From a virus (taxonomy: Duplodnaviria; Caudoviricetes), in IMG/VR virus record IMGVR_UViG_3300031965_000034, positions 1 through 57,819 of that record: DNA of 57,819 bases. The stretch is one strand, 5' to 3'. A model generated the notes under the pieces. It saw only the letters and a program-made list of their open reading frames with translations. It ran no database searches and had not been told where the DNA came from. Positions 18,696 through 27,649 of the stretch are shown piece after piece (position 1 is the first letter of the stretch; every line of letters begins with the position of its first letter). The translations under genes and the position numbers were made by a program.

Positions 18696-19316
18696 ATGAC
18701 GTACCGAGAACGCCGAGAGGCCCGCGCTGAGCGGCTGCGCGACTGGGCGGACAAGCGGACCGCCAGCGCGACGGCGGCCCTGAACTCCCAGCCCGAGCTG
18801 CGCCACGACTGGGCCTTCATTACCCAGCCTGGCCGGATCCCCGAGCGGGACCGGATGAACCGGAGCGATGAGCGAGCCTTCCGCAGCATGGACAAGGCCG
18901 ACAGCATGCGATCCCGAGCGGCCAGCATCGAGGCCGCCGCTGACCACGCGATCTACAGCGATGACCCCGACGCGATCGAGCGGCTGCGGGCCAGGATCGC
19001 TGAGCTTGAAGCCCGGCGCGAGGCGCAGAAGGCGGCGAATGCCGAGTACCGCAAGGCGCACCGCGCCGAGCTGGCGGCGATGACGCCCTACGGCCGGAGC
19101 CAGTCCGTGCCGTGGCCGACCTACTCCCTGACCAACCTGGGCGGCAACATCTCCCGGCTGCGCGCCCGGCTCCACGAGCTCGAACACCCGCGCCCGACCT
19201 GGTTCCATGCCAGCCGGCGCGCGCCCGACGTCTGCTACAAGTGCGACCGCCGGCAGTCCGAGCACACGGCCCACGCGACCGTGACCAGCATCCTGATGTG
19301 CCCGAAGGGAGCCTGA
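18696..19316 (+). CDS. DUF3560-like protein
   Basis: YRERREARAER...IYSDDPDAIERLRARIAELE...YSLTNLGGNISRLRARL. Confidence 0.75.
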   Translation: MTYRERREARAERLRDWADKRTASATAALNSQPELRHDWAFITQPGRIPERDRMNRSDERAFRSMDKADSMRSRAASIEAAADHAIYSDDPDAIERLRARIAELEARREAQKAANAEYRKAHRAELAAMTPYGRSQSVPWPTYSLTNLGGNISRLRARLHELEHPRPTWFHASRRAPDVCYKCDRRQSEHTAHATVTSILMCPKGA

Positions 19317-19319
19317 CCG

Positions 19320-19649
19320 ATGGGCCTGATCGTTGAGATCTTCCGCAACGACTACCGATCCGACCTCTGCGTGTTCAACGAGGTGCGCCAGTTGACCATC
19401 GAGAACATCCCCGGGCCGTTTGACCCGGCCCCGAACCGGCCGGCCGCCAGGCTGGTCCGACGAAGCGGGAACCTCGTGGTGATCCCCGTCGGTGAGGACG
19501 GCGTGCCGGCCCTGCTGAGCGAGGTTGCCTTCGGCGGATCCTACGCGGCCACGAGCGACAGCCGGTTCCGCGAGGCGGTGCCTTTCTACGGGGCGGTGCC
19601 GATCCACGACTACGCGATTGGCCTCGAGAACCAGGAAGGGATGGACTGA
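19320..19649 (+). CDS. Conserved hypothetical phage protein
   Basis: FGGSYAATSDSRF...AVPIHD motif. Confidence 0.75.
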   Translation: MGLIVEIFRNDYRSDLCVFNEVRQLTIENIPGPFDPAPNRPAARLVRRSGNLVVIPVGEDGVPALLSEVAFGGSYAATSDSRFREAVPFYGAVPIHDYAIGLENQEGMD

Positions 19650-20698
19650 TGACGACGATGGAGCGTGAGCTGGCACGACACGAGGAGTGGCTCGCAGGAG
19701 ATTGGGACTCCCGATCCGCCCGCGGCATTGCCGCGATGGAGCGCCACCGCGCAGAGCGCGATCGACTCCGGGCAGCCCTGCGGCCGGCGACCGCGGCACT
19801 ACGAGACCTGCCGATCGACGCGGTAGGGCCGAACCCCGGCCAGCCGCGGAAGACCTTTGAGCGCGTGCCACTCGAGGAGCTGGCCGCGAGCATCGGGGCC
19901 ATGGGGATCGTCGAACCCCTGATCGTCCAGCCGATGCCGTGCTGCGAGGCGCCTGACCGGGCGCACGTCCATGAGATCAGCTGGCCGGAACGCTGGCGCA
20001 TCGTTGCCGGCGAGCGCCGCTGGCGAGCGGCCAAGATGGCCGGCCTGTCCGTGGTGCCGTGCCTGGTCCGGGACGACCTGGCCGACCATGAGGCGTTCGA
20101 GCTGAGCATGGTGGAGAACGTGCTCCGGCGGGACATGAACCCGCTCGAGGAGGCCGAGGGGTACCAGCGCCTCATCGACGCCGGCATGACCGTCGAGAGC
20201 ATCAGCGCCCGGCTGGGCAAGCGGGCGAGCGCGATCCGATCGAGCCTGACCCTGCTGAAGCTGGAGCCCGGGATCCGGGACCTCGTTGCCAAGGGCCACC
20301 TGACCGCCTGGGACGGCACGCGGCTGACCACCCTGAGCTGGAACGGCCAGTGCCGGGCGCTTGACACGATCAACCGGAACGGCCTGACGGGCAATGACCG
20401 CGACCGCCTGATCGGCCAGGTCTGGCGCGAGGAGCATGAGCAGCCGATGTTCTCCGACGCTGAGGCGCCCACTGGCGGGACCGCTGCCGACCGGGCCGCT
20501 ACCCTGCGCGCCGAGATGGAGCGCGCCATGCGCGCCCTGACGCGGGCGACGGAGAACCTGGACGGCGTGCTGCCCGATGCCCTGACCATCGAGCTGGCGG
20601 AGGCCGTGAACCGGGCCGCCGGCGTGATCGTCAAGGTGACCCGTCAGGCGAAGGTCGTTGGAATGCTGACGCAGAATGGCCGAGGCCGTGTATCCTGA
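19649..20698 (+). CDS. ParB/RepB/Spo0J family protein
   Basis: PNPGQPRKTF, IVAGERRWRA, VENVLRRDMNPLEEA, then HTH. Confidence 0.92.
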   Translation: MTTMERELARHEEWLAGDWDSRSARGIAAMERHRAERDRLRAALRPATAALRDLPIDAVGPNPGQPRKTFERVPLEELAASIGAMGIVEPLIVQPMPCCEAPDRAHVHEISWPERWRIVAGERRWRAAKMAGLSVVPCLVRDDLADHEAFELSMVENVLRRDMNPLEEAEGYQRLIDAGMTVESISARLGKRASAIRSSLTLLKLEPGIRDLVAKGHLTAWDGTRLTTLSWNGQCRALDTINRNGLTGNDRDRLIGQVWREEHEQPMFSDAEAPTGGTAADRAATLRAEMERAMRALTRATENLDGVLPDALTIELAEAVNRAAGVIVKVTRQAKVVGMLTQNGRGRVS

Positions 20699-20702
20699 CG
20701 GG

Positions 20703-20909
20703 GTGAAGACCCTGACCCTCACCGAGGCGGCCGTGGAGCTCGACATGGCCTCAAGCACGCTTCGCCACCAGATCCACAACGGTCGCCTCAAGGCGACCAG
20801 GGTCGGACCACTCTGGGTCGTCACCGCCCGGGAGGTCGCCCGCTACCGGCTGCAGAGCCGGGGCAAGTCCGGGCGCCCGGTCAAGATGCGAGATTCGCAC
20901 CGCTCCTGA
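20703..20909 (+). CDS. Excisionase-like (HTH_17) DNA-binding protein
   Basis: LTLTEAAVEL...TLRHQIHNGRLKATRVGPLWVV. Confidence 0.8.
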   Translation: MKTLTLTEAAVELDMASSTLRHQIHNGRLKATRVGPLWVVTAREVARYRLQSRGKSGRPVKMRDSHRS

Positions 20910-21019
20910 CCAGGGCTGCATAAACCCCCGCTGGGACACTGATCCCGAGACTCGCACTGACGAGCGTGAGGACTGCGGATTTCGTGCTCGCGGACCACCT
21001 GATGTGCGACTCCCGATCC

Positions 21020-21125
21020 TCAAAAAAGCGGAATGCAAGTGGGCAGGTCGGAAGAAGGGGGCGAGGGTGCTCAGGTAGGTGACCGCGACCCGTCTCGGCC
21101 CCGCCCCCCCCATACGTGGCAGCCC
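21020..21125. other. Possible cos / packaging initiation region
   Basis: Non-coding gap with a G-run downstream of an HK97-gp74-like HNH in a phage with P27-type terS; inference from position only. Confidence 0.25.
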
Positions 21126-21206
21126 TGTATACGCTATTCGCATCATTGCGCCTCGCTAGATGCGAAGTTCGCACTGTATGCAGTCACCTGCCGATTATGC
21201 ACTCGT

Positions 21207-21542
21207 CTACCGAGCCTGACCGACAGGTGCGATATTCGCACGGTAGAACCAGGTACCGTCCCCCCGGGATCCGTTGCACCGCCGGCACAGCGGGACGAGC
21301 TGACTCGAGCCTCCACCCTGGGCCAGGGGCACCGAGTGGTCAGCTGTCAGCGGGTTGGCCGGGGTACCGCTATCGGGATACGGACATACGGGCGCCGTGT
21401 GACACCAGGGCTCCGCCTCGATGACTGCCGCACGACGCGCACGGTACCCGGGTGTCGTATAGGGCAGGCGGTAGGCGCGCTCATGCTCCGGGCACCGCGT
21501 CCCGAGAGTGGGGCGCCCACAGTCCAAGCATGGACGCTTCAT
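21207..21542 (-). CDS. HNH endonuclease (packaging-associated, gp74-like)
   Basis: CLDCG...CPEH; TADHSVPLAQGG...LCRRCNGSRG. Confidence 0.85.
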   Translation of the reverse strand: MKRPCLDCGRPTLGTRCPEHERAYRLPYTTPGYRARRAAVIEAEPWCHTAPVCPYPDSGTPANPLTADHSVPLAQGGGSSQLVPLCRRCNGSRGDGTWFYRANIAPVGQAR

Positions 21543-21871
21543 TCCGCCTCCGGCTCGGGCAGGATCTCGGCGACCTCATCGACCGGGAGGACGGGGGGCT
21601 CGGGGTCAGGCTGCCGACGCCAGCCAGCGGCGCGGACCTCGGCCGCGGTGTCACCGACGTTGGTGCCATACGCCACCCGTGCCTTCCTCGGTGGGGGCGG
21701 GGGTGGATAGCACACGTCGCAGGGCTCGAGCGTCCTGCCGCCTGCGATCGCCATGACCCCGACGAAGGTGCGCGTCCGCTGGCCCGTCGTGTGGGCGGCA
21801 TAGCGGGAGTGAACGATGCCCGATGGGTCGACCGCGTAGCCGCGGTCATCGATGGGGATGGGGCGAGTCAT
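21539..21871 (-). CDS. Hypothetical protein
   Basis: AAGGAG RBS; H...H...CDVC. Confidence 0.65.
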   Translation of the reverse strand: MTRPIPIDDRGYAVDPSGIVHSRYAAHTTGQRTRTFVGVMAIAGGRTLEPCDVCYPPPPPPRKARVAYGTNVGDTAAEVRAAGWRRQPDPEPPVLPVDEVAEILPEPEAE

Positions 21872-21899
21872 GTCACTCCTTTTCCAGACGGCCGGGCCA

Positions 21900-22007
21900 T
21901 CACACCCTCACCGCAGCGAAGCCGCCTGACAGCAGCAGCCACGTGAGGACCCCGCCGGACAGGAACCCGAGGGCGAAGGTGATGAAGTCGTGGGCGTCAT
22001 GCTTCAT
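21900..22007 (-). CDS. Tiny membrane peptide (35 aa)
   Basis: MKHDAHDFITFALGFLSGGVLTWLLLSGGFAAVRV; ATGA-coupled. Confidence 0.45.
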   Translation of the reverse strand: MKHDAHDFITFALGFLSGGVLTWLLLSGGFAAVRV

Positions 22008-22192
22008 CGGGTGTCCTGTGACGGGGGGATCGCCGGCGCGAGACCACTGCGGCCGTGGAGGAAGGCGCGCCGTTCGGGCGGGATGTCCTTGCCCTTGCCG
22101 TATGTGGCCCAGAGGTAGGTGGCGTGGTCACGCGGCATCCCGAAGCGATCGAGGTTCGGACGGAACGGCGGCGGGAGCGGCACGTAGCCCAT
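22004..22192 (-). CDS. Hypothetical protein
   Basis: Adjacent coupled ORF. Confidence 0.5.
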   Translation of the reverse strand: MGYVPLPPPFRPNLDRFGMPRDHATYLWATYGKGKDIPPERRAFLHGRSGLAPAIPPSQDTR

Positions 22193-22510
22193 CTACGTGA
22201 TCCCCACCTTCGTCGTGGTCAGGTCGTGGATGCCGATGGCGGCGAGGCCCGCGACACCTCCCGTGAGGGCCGCCTGGAGGACGTCGAGGCGGGTGATGCC
22301 GATGGACGCGGTGACCCACAGGGTGACCTCGGCGAGGACGATGGCCGCCACGACCGCGACGATGGGGCCGAAGCGGCTGCGGATCGCGTCGTTGGCGCCG
22401 TCATGGCCCGCCGTTCGCCAGATGAGCTGCGACAGCATCGAGACGATCGGCGCGAGGCCCGCCACGGTCAACAGCGCGGCGGCCTGGGGATCAAGGTCTA
22501 CGTTGGGCAT
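22193..22510 (-). CDS. Putative holin
   Basis: About 3 TM helices, GLAAIGIHD ending, near endolysin, strong RBS. Confidence 0.6.
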   Translation of the reverse strand: MPNVDLDPQAAALLTVAGLAPIVSMLSQLIWRTAGHDGANDAIRSRFGPIVAVVAAIVLAEVTLWVTASIGITRLDVLQAALTGGVAGLAAIGIHDLTTTKVGIT

Positions 22511-22519
22511 GTCCCTCTC

Positions 22520-22738
22520 CTAGTAGCAGGGTGAGATGAAGTTGTCGAAGAAGTGGGCCGACAGGTACCCCAGCACGAACATCGAGATCACGATGACGAT
22601 CGTCGCGCCCCGTCCGATGGAGCGGACCCGGGCCGAGATCGTGGGCTTGCCGGTGATGACGGCCCGGGCCTCGATGACGAACAGCAGCAGGACCCACAGG
22701 CCGGTGCCGATGAGCAGGGCCACGCCGAGGTTGTCCAT
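22520..22738 (-). CDS. Two-TM membrane protein
   Basis: Hydrophobic segments; lysis region. Confidence 0.65.
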   Translation of the reverse strand: MDNLGVALLIGTGLWVLLLFVIEARAVITGKPTISARVRSIGRGATIVIVISMFVLGYLSAHFFDNFISPCY

Positions 22739-22741
22739 GTC

Positions 22742-22933
22742 CTACCTCACGAGGATCGCGACGAGGGCGGCGATCCAGCCGCCGGCCCCGAAGATGTAGG
22801 GGAGCCAGTCGCGCTTGGTCTCGAGGAGTTCGCTCACCGGCTGGGCCGCGTCGGAGAGGTCCCGGAGGCGGGCCATCGCTTCGGCGGTGTCCAGGTCGAA
22901 CTTGACGGAATAGGTATCCGGTGCTGTTGCCAC
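22742..22933 (-). CDS. Small protein with C-terminal TM helix
   Basis: VATAPDTY...GGWIAALVAILVR. Confidence 0.5.
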   Translation of the reverse strand: MATAPDTYSVKFDLDTAEAMARLRDLSDAAQPVSELLETKRDWLPYIFGAGGWIAALVAILVR

Positions 22934-23100
22934 TACGACTTCCTCCCGAACTCGAAGCGCACCCTGTCTCGGATGCGGGCGATGATCCGTTCCACCTCTA
23001 CCGCGTCGGCGTGCTCGGCGGCCTCTTTGAAGCAGCGCGTACACAGCAGCCAGCCGTACTCGGCGTTGCTGGCGATGAAGCCGTGACGGGGGCAGATCAC
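22933..23100 (-). CDS. Small zinc-finger-like protein
   Basis: Read by hand: ICPRHG...LCTRC; GTGA-coupled. Confidence 0.5.
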   Translation of the reverse strand: MICPRHGFIASNAEYGWLLCTRCFKEAAEHADAVEVERIIARIRDRVRFEFGRKS

Positions 23101-23387
23101 CGGCTCGCCTCGATCTCGCCGAGGGCGGCGTACTCCCGCTTCTCAAACCGATCGAGCGAGCGCCGGGTCTTCTGTGACATGTGGCCGCGAGCGACGGCGA
23201 CGACCCGGTTCCAGTCGGATGCTTTGAGGCCGTACTCCTCGACCGCGCCGTCCTTCTCGGTGACGGGCCACGTCCTCGTATCGGCCAGCTCGACCGCCGT
23301 CGAAAGGTCCACGCATCGCTGCGCCAACTCCTCGCGGACACGGACGCGGGCCTCGGCCATCAGCGCATCGAAGGGATCCAACGGCAT
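23097..23387 (-). CDS. Hypothetical protein
   Basis: GAGG RBS; coding-like. Confidence 0.6.
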   Translation of the reverse strand: MPLDPFDALMAEARVRVREELAQRCVDLSTAVELADTRTWPVTEKDGAVEEYGLKASDWNRVVAVARGHMSQKTRRSLDRFEKREYAALGEIEASR

Positions 23388-23441
23388 CCTCAGCCTCCCA
23401 ACAGCACGGCTGCGTTGACCGCCGCGTCCTTCACGGCCCAA

Positions 23442-23660
23442 TCACCGCGAGTCGATCGGACGACGCAGCGATCGAGGCAGAACGGACCGCGGTCGCTTCG
23501 GGATCGGCAGCGCGTCGGCTCGCATCTGCCGGAGGCTTTCGACCCGCACTTCCCTTTCGAGGCGCTGGAGCTGTTCGGCTTCGTCTGAGGTCAGCTTGAA
23601 GTGGCCGACTTTCAGGCGCTCCTCGACGCTGAGCGTGTAGACGTTGCCGCTCGTGTCCAT
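23442..23660 (-). CDS. Hypothetical protein
   Basis: GGAGG RBS; MDTSGNVY... Confidence 0.55.
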   Translation of the reverse strand: MDTSGNVYTLSVEERLKVGHFKLTSDEAEQLQRLEREVRVESLRQMRADALPIPKRPRSVLPRSLRRPIDSR

Positions 23661-23662
23661 GG

Positions 23663-24604
23663 CTAACCTCCGTACTGCGCGGCGGAGCGATCCGCCTCGT
23701 TCTTGACGTCGTCCTTCACGGCCCGGGAGCCGTCCCGGAGCCCTGCCGCTACCCCTTCTTGGCGGGCGGCGTTGACGAGCGGGGCGCAGTCGATGGGCGG
23801 CTTCTGGTTGAGGTAGTCGGTGAGCTGCGCATTGACCGCCGGATCGCCTCCGGGGACGAGGGGCACGAGGTCGGCCCGGAGGAAGTAGGCGGGGTCGGTC
23901 CCGATCATCGAGAGACGCCAGTCGTTGCCATCGGCCTTGACCTCGGCGATGGTCCGGATCACCGTGCCGGCCGGGAGGCGGGCGACGATTGACGCGCTCC
24001 GGTCCGGGGTGGCCCGGTAGACGCCGTTCGACTGCCCGTTGGTGACGGTCGGCTTCCAGTCCTCGCCCTTGATCGCGGTGATCACCTCGTCCTCCTCGAT
24101 GTAGCCATGCCCGCCGATCTCTGCCCAGGGGATGAGCGCGCCGGGGCACGACTTGTCCTGTACGTCCCGGTGGCCCAGGAGACCCCGGATCGACGGGAAC
24201 CGCTTGCGGAGGTCGGCCACGAGAGCCTTGAGGGCGACCTTCTGCGCGGCGTTCGGCCCCTTGGCCCGGAAGCCCTCGAGCTCGACCGCGAACACGTAGC
24301 GGTTGACGTCGGCCCAGCCGTCCGCGCCCAGCACCGCCCGTCCCGTGAGCGAGCTGTAGATGCCGTAGTTCTCGGACGTGTAGGGCTCGGGGCTCACGTG
24401 CTGGCAGTGGCTCGCGTCGCCATCCTTGACCATCTGCACGATCCGGCCGCTGTATTCGATGACGTGGCTTGCGGACACGTCGCGGGTGACGGTGGTCAGG
24501 TACTTGACCGTGCCGCCGCCTTCCGCCATGTGAACGACGATGGCGCGGTACTCGGTGATCGCCCCGGGCGTGAACCAGCGGGCCGCGACGAAGGGGTACG
24601 TCAT
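23663..24604 (-). CDS. Endolysin: N-acetylmuramoyl-L-alanine amidase (Amidase_2) with SH3-like C-terminal region
   Basis: IVVHMAEG, SASHVI, AVELEG, LLGHRDV...KSCPG zinc-amidase motifs. Confidence 0.9.
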   Translation of the reverse strand: MTYPFVAARWFTPGAITEYRAIVVHMAEGGGTVKYLTTVTRDVSASHVIEYSGRIVQMVKDGDASHCQHVSPEPYTSENYGIYSSLTGRAVLGADGWADVNRYVFAVELEGFRAKGPNAAQKVALKALVADLRKRFPSIRGLLGHRDVQDKSCPGALIPWAEIGGHGYIEEDEVITAIKGEDWKPTVTNGQSNGVYRATPDRSASIVARLPAGTVIRTIAEVKADGNDWRLSMIGTDPAYFLRADLVPLVPGGDPAVNAQLTDYLNQKPPIDCAPLVNAARQEGVAAGLRDGSRAVKDDVKNEADRSAAQYGG

Positions 24605-24966
24605 CCGACCGTCCCTTCGAAGATCGTCGGGGCCTCTGACTGCACGCCGAGCCGATCCTCGCCGGTCAGAGACCGCGGCTGCCCGTCGCCGTCAAGCCGC
24701 TCCTGAAGCGCCTTGAGCTGTCGCCACTTGAGGTAGGCGTAGTTCCCGAGGTCCACCATCTCGGCCATCGCCTCGGCGAGCATGTCGTGACGGCCCCATG
24801 AATCCGGGCCGTACTTCTCGTCTCCGAACCGGAGCTTTTCGTCCATGAGGCGGCGATACTCGGCGATGCCGTCGTACTTGGACCCGAGCGGCCGACCCTC
24901 ATACTCGGCACGACCGACGGCCCACGAACGCAACCGGGCGCGCTCGTCTTCGGCGACGCTCGTCAT
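24601..24966 (-). CDS. All-alpha NTP pyrophosphatase-like (MazG-superfamily-like) protein
   Basis: GDEKYG...AEAMAEMVDLGNY. Confidence 0.45.
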   Translation of the reverse strand: MTSVAEDERARLRSWAVGRAEYEGRPLGSKYDGIAEYRRLMDEKLRFGDEKYGPDSWGRHDMLAEAMAEMVDLGNYAYLKWRQLKALQERLDGDGQPRSLTGEDRLGVQSEAPTIFEGTVG

Positions 24967-25256
24967 ACCGTCGCCCGCCCTTCCCGGAGATCGAAGTAGA
25001 GGAGGAAGGCCGTCACCGCGAGGAGGGCGCCCTTGCCGAAGCCCACGAGGAGGCTCACGGTCTGGACGAGATCCCCGTCGTTGGAGAGCGCCCACGTCGC
25101 CACCCCGAGGGCGATGGCCGCGAGGAAGAGGCCGAAGTCGCCGATGAGGGCGCGGACCTCGCGGAAGTCGCGGTACCGCTGCCAGCGCCGGAAGCTGTGG
25201 TAGGTGACGACCGCGAGGCCCCCGAGGATGGCCGCGACGATGATGATGTCCCTCAC
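24963..25256 (-). CDS. Three-TM membrane protein
   Basis: Hydrophobic helices; coupled. Confidence 0.65.
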   Translation of the reverse strand: MRDIIIVAAILGGLAVVTYHSFRRWQRYRDFREVRALIGDFGLFLAAIALGVATWALSNDGDLVQTVSLLVGFGKGALLAVTAFLLYFDLREGRATV

Positions 25257-25591
25257 GCCGCGGCCCATGCGTGCGGCCCTTCGTGGCCTGTCGGATCGAG
25301 GCAGAGGAGTTCGCCATCGGGCGAGGGCGCCATGTCCGAGATGACGCGGCCCCAAGGCACGGACCGTCGATGAGAGCACCCGCCGCGCGGACCGACCCAA
25401 CCTAGATGCGCACCGCAGTAGTACCGGCCGCAGCCTGGCTCGTCATCCCGCTCGTCATGGGGATGCACGCCGCAGAGGTAGCCCATTCCCCGGTCGATGA
25501 CCGTCTCGCAGCCGCGGGAGTCACAGGTCGCAATGACCATGTAGCCGCACGGCCGCTCGGCTCGCCCGATGGTGTAGAAGCCATACCCCAT
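25253..25591 (-). CDS. Cys/His-rich conserved phage protein
   Basis: CDSRGC...IDRGMGYLCG...GCGRYYCGAH. Confidence 0.7.
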   Translation of the reverse strand: MGYGFYTIGRAERPCGYMVIATCDSRGCETVIDRGMGYLCGVHPHDERDDEPGCGRYYCGAHLGWVGPRGGCSHRRSVPWGRVISDMAPSPDGELLCLDPTGHEGPHAWAAA

Positions 25592-25601
25592 CAGATCGTC
25601 C

Positions 25602-25796
25602 TCATCCCCGGAGGCTCCGAATGAGCCGGCCGAGCCCCACGACACCGAAGAGCGCCCCGACCTCGATCGAGAGGGCCCCGAGATCGACCGGCAGATGGCT
25701 CACGGTCGGGAACCCCACGGTGCCGAAGATGAGCACGGTGAGGACCCAGGCCGCGATCCGTCGTTCGAGGCGGTAGTCATACGGCTCACGAGCCAT
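25602..25796 (-). CDS. Two-TM membrane protein
   Basis: First ORF after the intergenic leader. Confidence 0.55.
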   Translation of the reverse strand: MAREPYDYRLERRIAAWVLTVLIFGTVGFPTVSHLPVDLGALSIEVGALFGVVGLGRLIRSLRG

Positions 25797-25832
25797 CGGG
25801 GCGACGCATTACGCGGGCCTCGCTGTGGGGAG

Positions 25833-25870
25833 CCCGGCGACCGTCAGGGGAAGGTCCGACGGCCGCCGGG
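25833..25870 (-). promoter_or_regulatory. 15-bp hairpin in leader between early and lysis genes
   Basis: 25833-25847/25856-25870 with two G-U pairs on the minus strand; no U-tract. Confidence 0.5.
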
Positions 25871-25975
25871 GTGCGCCGGGCACTTGGCGCGGAGGATCGG
25901 ATCGCGCACACGCTGGCACATGCTAGTTTGAGGCTGCGTTGTCAAGCGGTTCCCGCGGCGCTTGCCCCGAAGGGT

Positions 25976-26332
25976 CTACTTCAGAGCGGCGTACTCGCGG
26001 GCGATGTCGATCGAGAGTTCAGCCGGGGTCTTCGGACGGGTCTTTGTCCAGTCGATGTCGTCCTGCCTGAATGTGCCCACGTAGTCGATTGCCCGCGCCA
26101 GCCGCTCCACGTCGAGTCCGGGGGCGGCTGGGAGTGAGACGAGGGCGGCTTCGTACACTTGAGCAGCGAGGACCACATCGGTGATGCGGTCCCTGAGCAA
26201 CGACCCATCGACAGACAGGCCGCAGCCGTCCTGGACATGGATCGCCTCGCCCGTGATCTTCATGAGGGTCGCGGTGTCGAGCGCGGCCGTGATCTGATCG
26301 CGTGTTAGGGCTCGGGCTACGGGGTCAGTCAT
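25976..26332 (-). CDS. Hypothetical protein carrying repeat modules A and B
   Basis: MTDPVAR...PAAPGL; GGAGG RBS. Confidence 0.7.
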   Translation of the reverse strand: MTDPVARALTRDQITAALDTATLMKITGEAIHVQDGCGLSVDGSLLRDRITDVVLAAQVYEAALVSLPAAPGLDVERLARAIDYVGTFRQDDIDWTKTRPKTPAELSIDIAREYAALK

Positions 26333-26628
26333 CGTGCCTCCCAGTCTACCTGCACGTCCAGCGGATCGGCGATCGGCGGCTCGTTCGCGACGAGGTAGCA
26401 GCCCTCGCAGATCGTGTACGCCCCCGCCCGCTTGCCTCCGAGGTAGAGGTCGAAGTCGACGAGGCGGTTGCCCCGAAGGTCGGGCCGCCCGCACGTCCGG
26501 CAGCGCGGCACGCTCTCGCCGTTGGCGGGGTCGGCGAGGCTCTGGTCGGGGCGCTCCTCGCGGATCGTGGAGGGGTGGCGCGGCCCCGAACGAGGGTTCC
26601 ACGCCCCGACCGGGAACCGTCCTCTCAT
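26329..26628 (-). CDS. Zinc-ribbon protein
   Basis: CRTCG...CEGC. Confidence 0.6.
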   Translation of the reverse strand: MRGRFPVGAWNPRSGPRHPSTIREERPDQSLADPANGESVPRCRTCGRPDLRGNRLVDFDLYLGGKRAGAYTICEGCYLVANEPPIADPLDVQVDWEAR

Positions 26629-26662
26629 CGGGGCTGCTCGACACCGCGACGGGGGGTGATCA

Positions 26663-27190
26663 TCACGCGCCTAGACCGAGGGGCGCTTGATTGCGCCATG
26701 ACTCCCACGCCCGGGCGACGGCCCCTGAGCCCGGGAACAGGTCCACGAGCTCGTCATCCGCCTGCATTCCCAATACGTCGAAGAGCCAGTAACACAGCTG
26801 CTCAGGTTTCTGGCCCGTGAACGCGCGCCCTCGAACATGGGGTGACGGCAGCGCGAGCCAGTCACGGAGGGTCGGGCGGTCAAGCCCTCTCTTTCGCCCA
26901 CCGTAGACGATGATCGGCTCCCACGAATAGGCGGGGTTTACGCCTTTCAGGAACATCGTGTACGTCTTGGCCCACACCATCACCCGTGAGCCACCCGGAC
27001 AGAGCGGCAGGAGTTCTCTGAGATTCGTGGCCGCCATTGAGAGCGCCCAGCCGTCGGGGAACTCCGTGACGAGCCGGTCGATCAGCTGGTGATGACCCTC
27101 GACCGTGTCATAGACCCATGACTCGGGATGGTCGGGGTAACGCTTCTTGGCGACGCCGAGATAGGGCGGATCGGCGTAAGCGAATCTCAC
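26663..27190 (-). CDS. DNA amino-methyltransferase (beta-class order)
   Basis: YADPPY catalytic motif first; QKPEQ and VDLFPGSG SAM motif at C-terminus. Confidence 0.8.
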   Translation of the reverse strand: MRFAYADPPYLGVAKKRYPDHPESWVYDTVEGHHQLIDRLVTEFPDGWALSMAATNLRELLPLCPGGSRVMVWAKTYTMFLKGVNPAYSWEPIIVYGGRKRGLDRPTLRDWLALPSPHVRGRAFTGQKPEQLCYWLFDVLGMQADDELVDLFPGSGAVARAWESWRNQAPLGLGA

Positions 27191-27312
27191 GGTGCCATCC
27201 CAGCAACCGAGAACAGCCCGTAGAAGAACGCCCCCACGATGGCACCGGACACGAGGGCGAAGGCCAGAAGGGTCACGATGAGGCTCAGGACGTTGAGAAA
27301 GTCCCGGATCAA
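27187..27312 (-). CDS. Small TM peptide
   Basis: TTGA-coupled; hydrophobic. Confidence 0.45.
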   Translation of the reverse strand: MIRDFLNVLSLIVTLLAFALVSGAIVGAFFYGLFSVAGMAP

Positions 27313-27515
27313 CGGGGCTCTCCCGGTGTCTCGGCCAGAACGGCGGAGCGGTTGACGGCATCGACGAACACCATCGCGTCGCGCAGCCAGCGCGGCTCTG
27401 GCTCTGCTTCGCTGATCCGGCTGTCTTCGACGTCGGCAACAATGCGGGCGACGAGACGCCGATCTAGCCAGAGGCCCGCCCCGAACTTCACGCTCCTGGT
27501 TAGTTCTGCTCTCAT
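27309..27515 (-). CDS. Hypothetical protein ending in repeat C
   Basis: ...LAETPGEPR. Confidence 0.6.
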   Translation of the reverse strand: MRAELTRSVKFGAGLWLDRRLVARIVADVEDSRISEAEPEPRWLRDAMVFVDAVNRSAVLAETPGEPR

Positions 27516-27649
27516 GATCTCGCTCCGCACCACACACATCGATACCGAGTGACGCCCCAGCGGACGCGCTCCCAGCTATGTCCGGTCGTCTGAATGCAAG
27601 GAACCGCACGGGGCCTGTCTTGGGCTACGGGGTTGGTCACGGGGGTCAT
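27512..27649 (-). CDS. Small zinc-finger protein beginning with repeat A
   Basis: C...GHSW...CVWCG. Confidence 0.55.
   Translation of the reverse strand: MTPVTNPVAQDRPRAVPCIQTTGHSWERVRWGVTRYRCVWCGARS

Noticed and set aside
17733-19871. 712-aa minus-strand ORF
   Set aside because: Shadow of the plus-strand island, which has a promoter, RBSs and recognisable motifs
25917-25945. Late promoter at a minus-strand TTGACA
   Set aside because: The best -10 (TAGCAT) is only 14 nt away; non-canonical spacing
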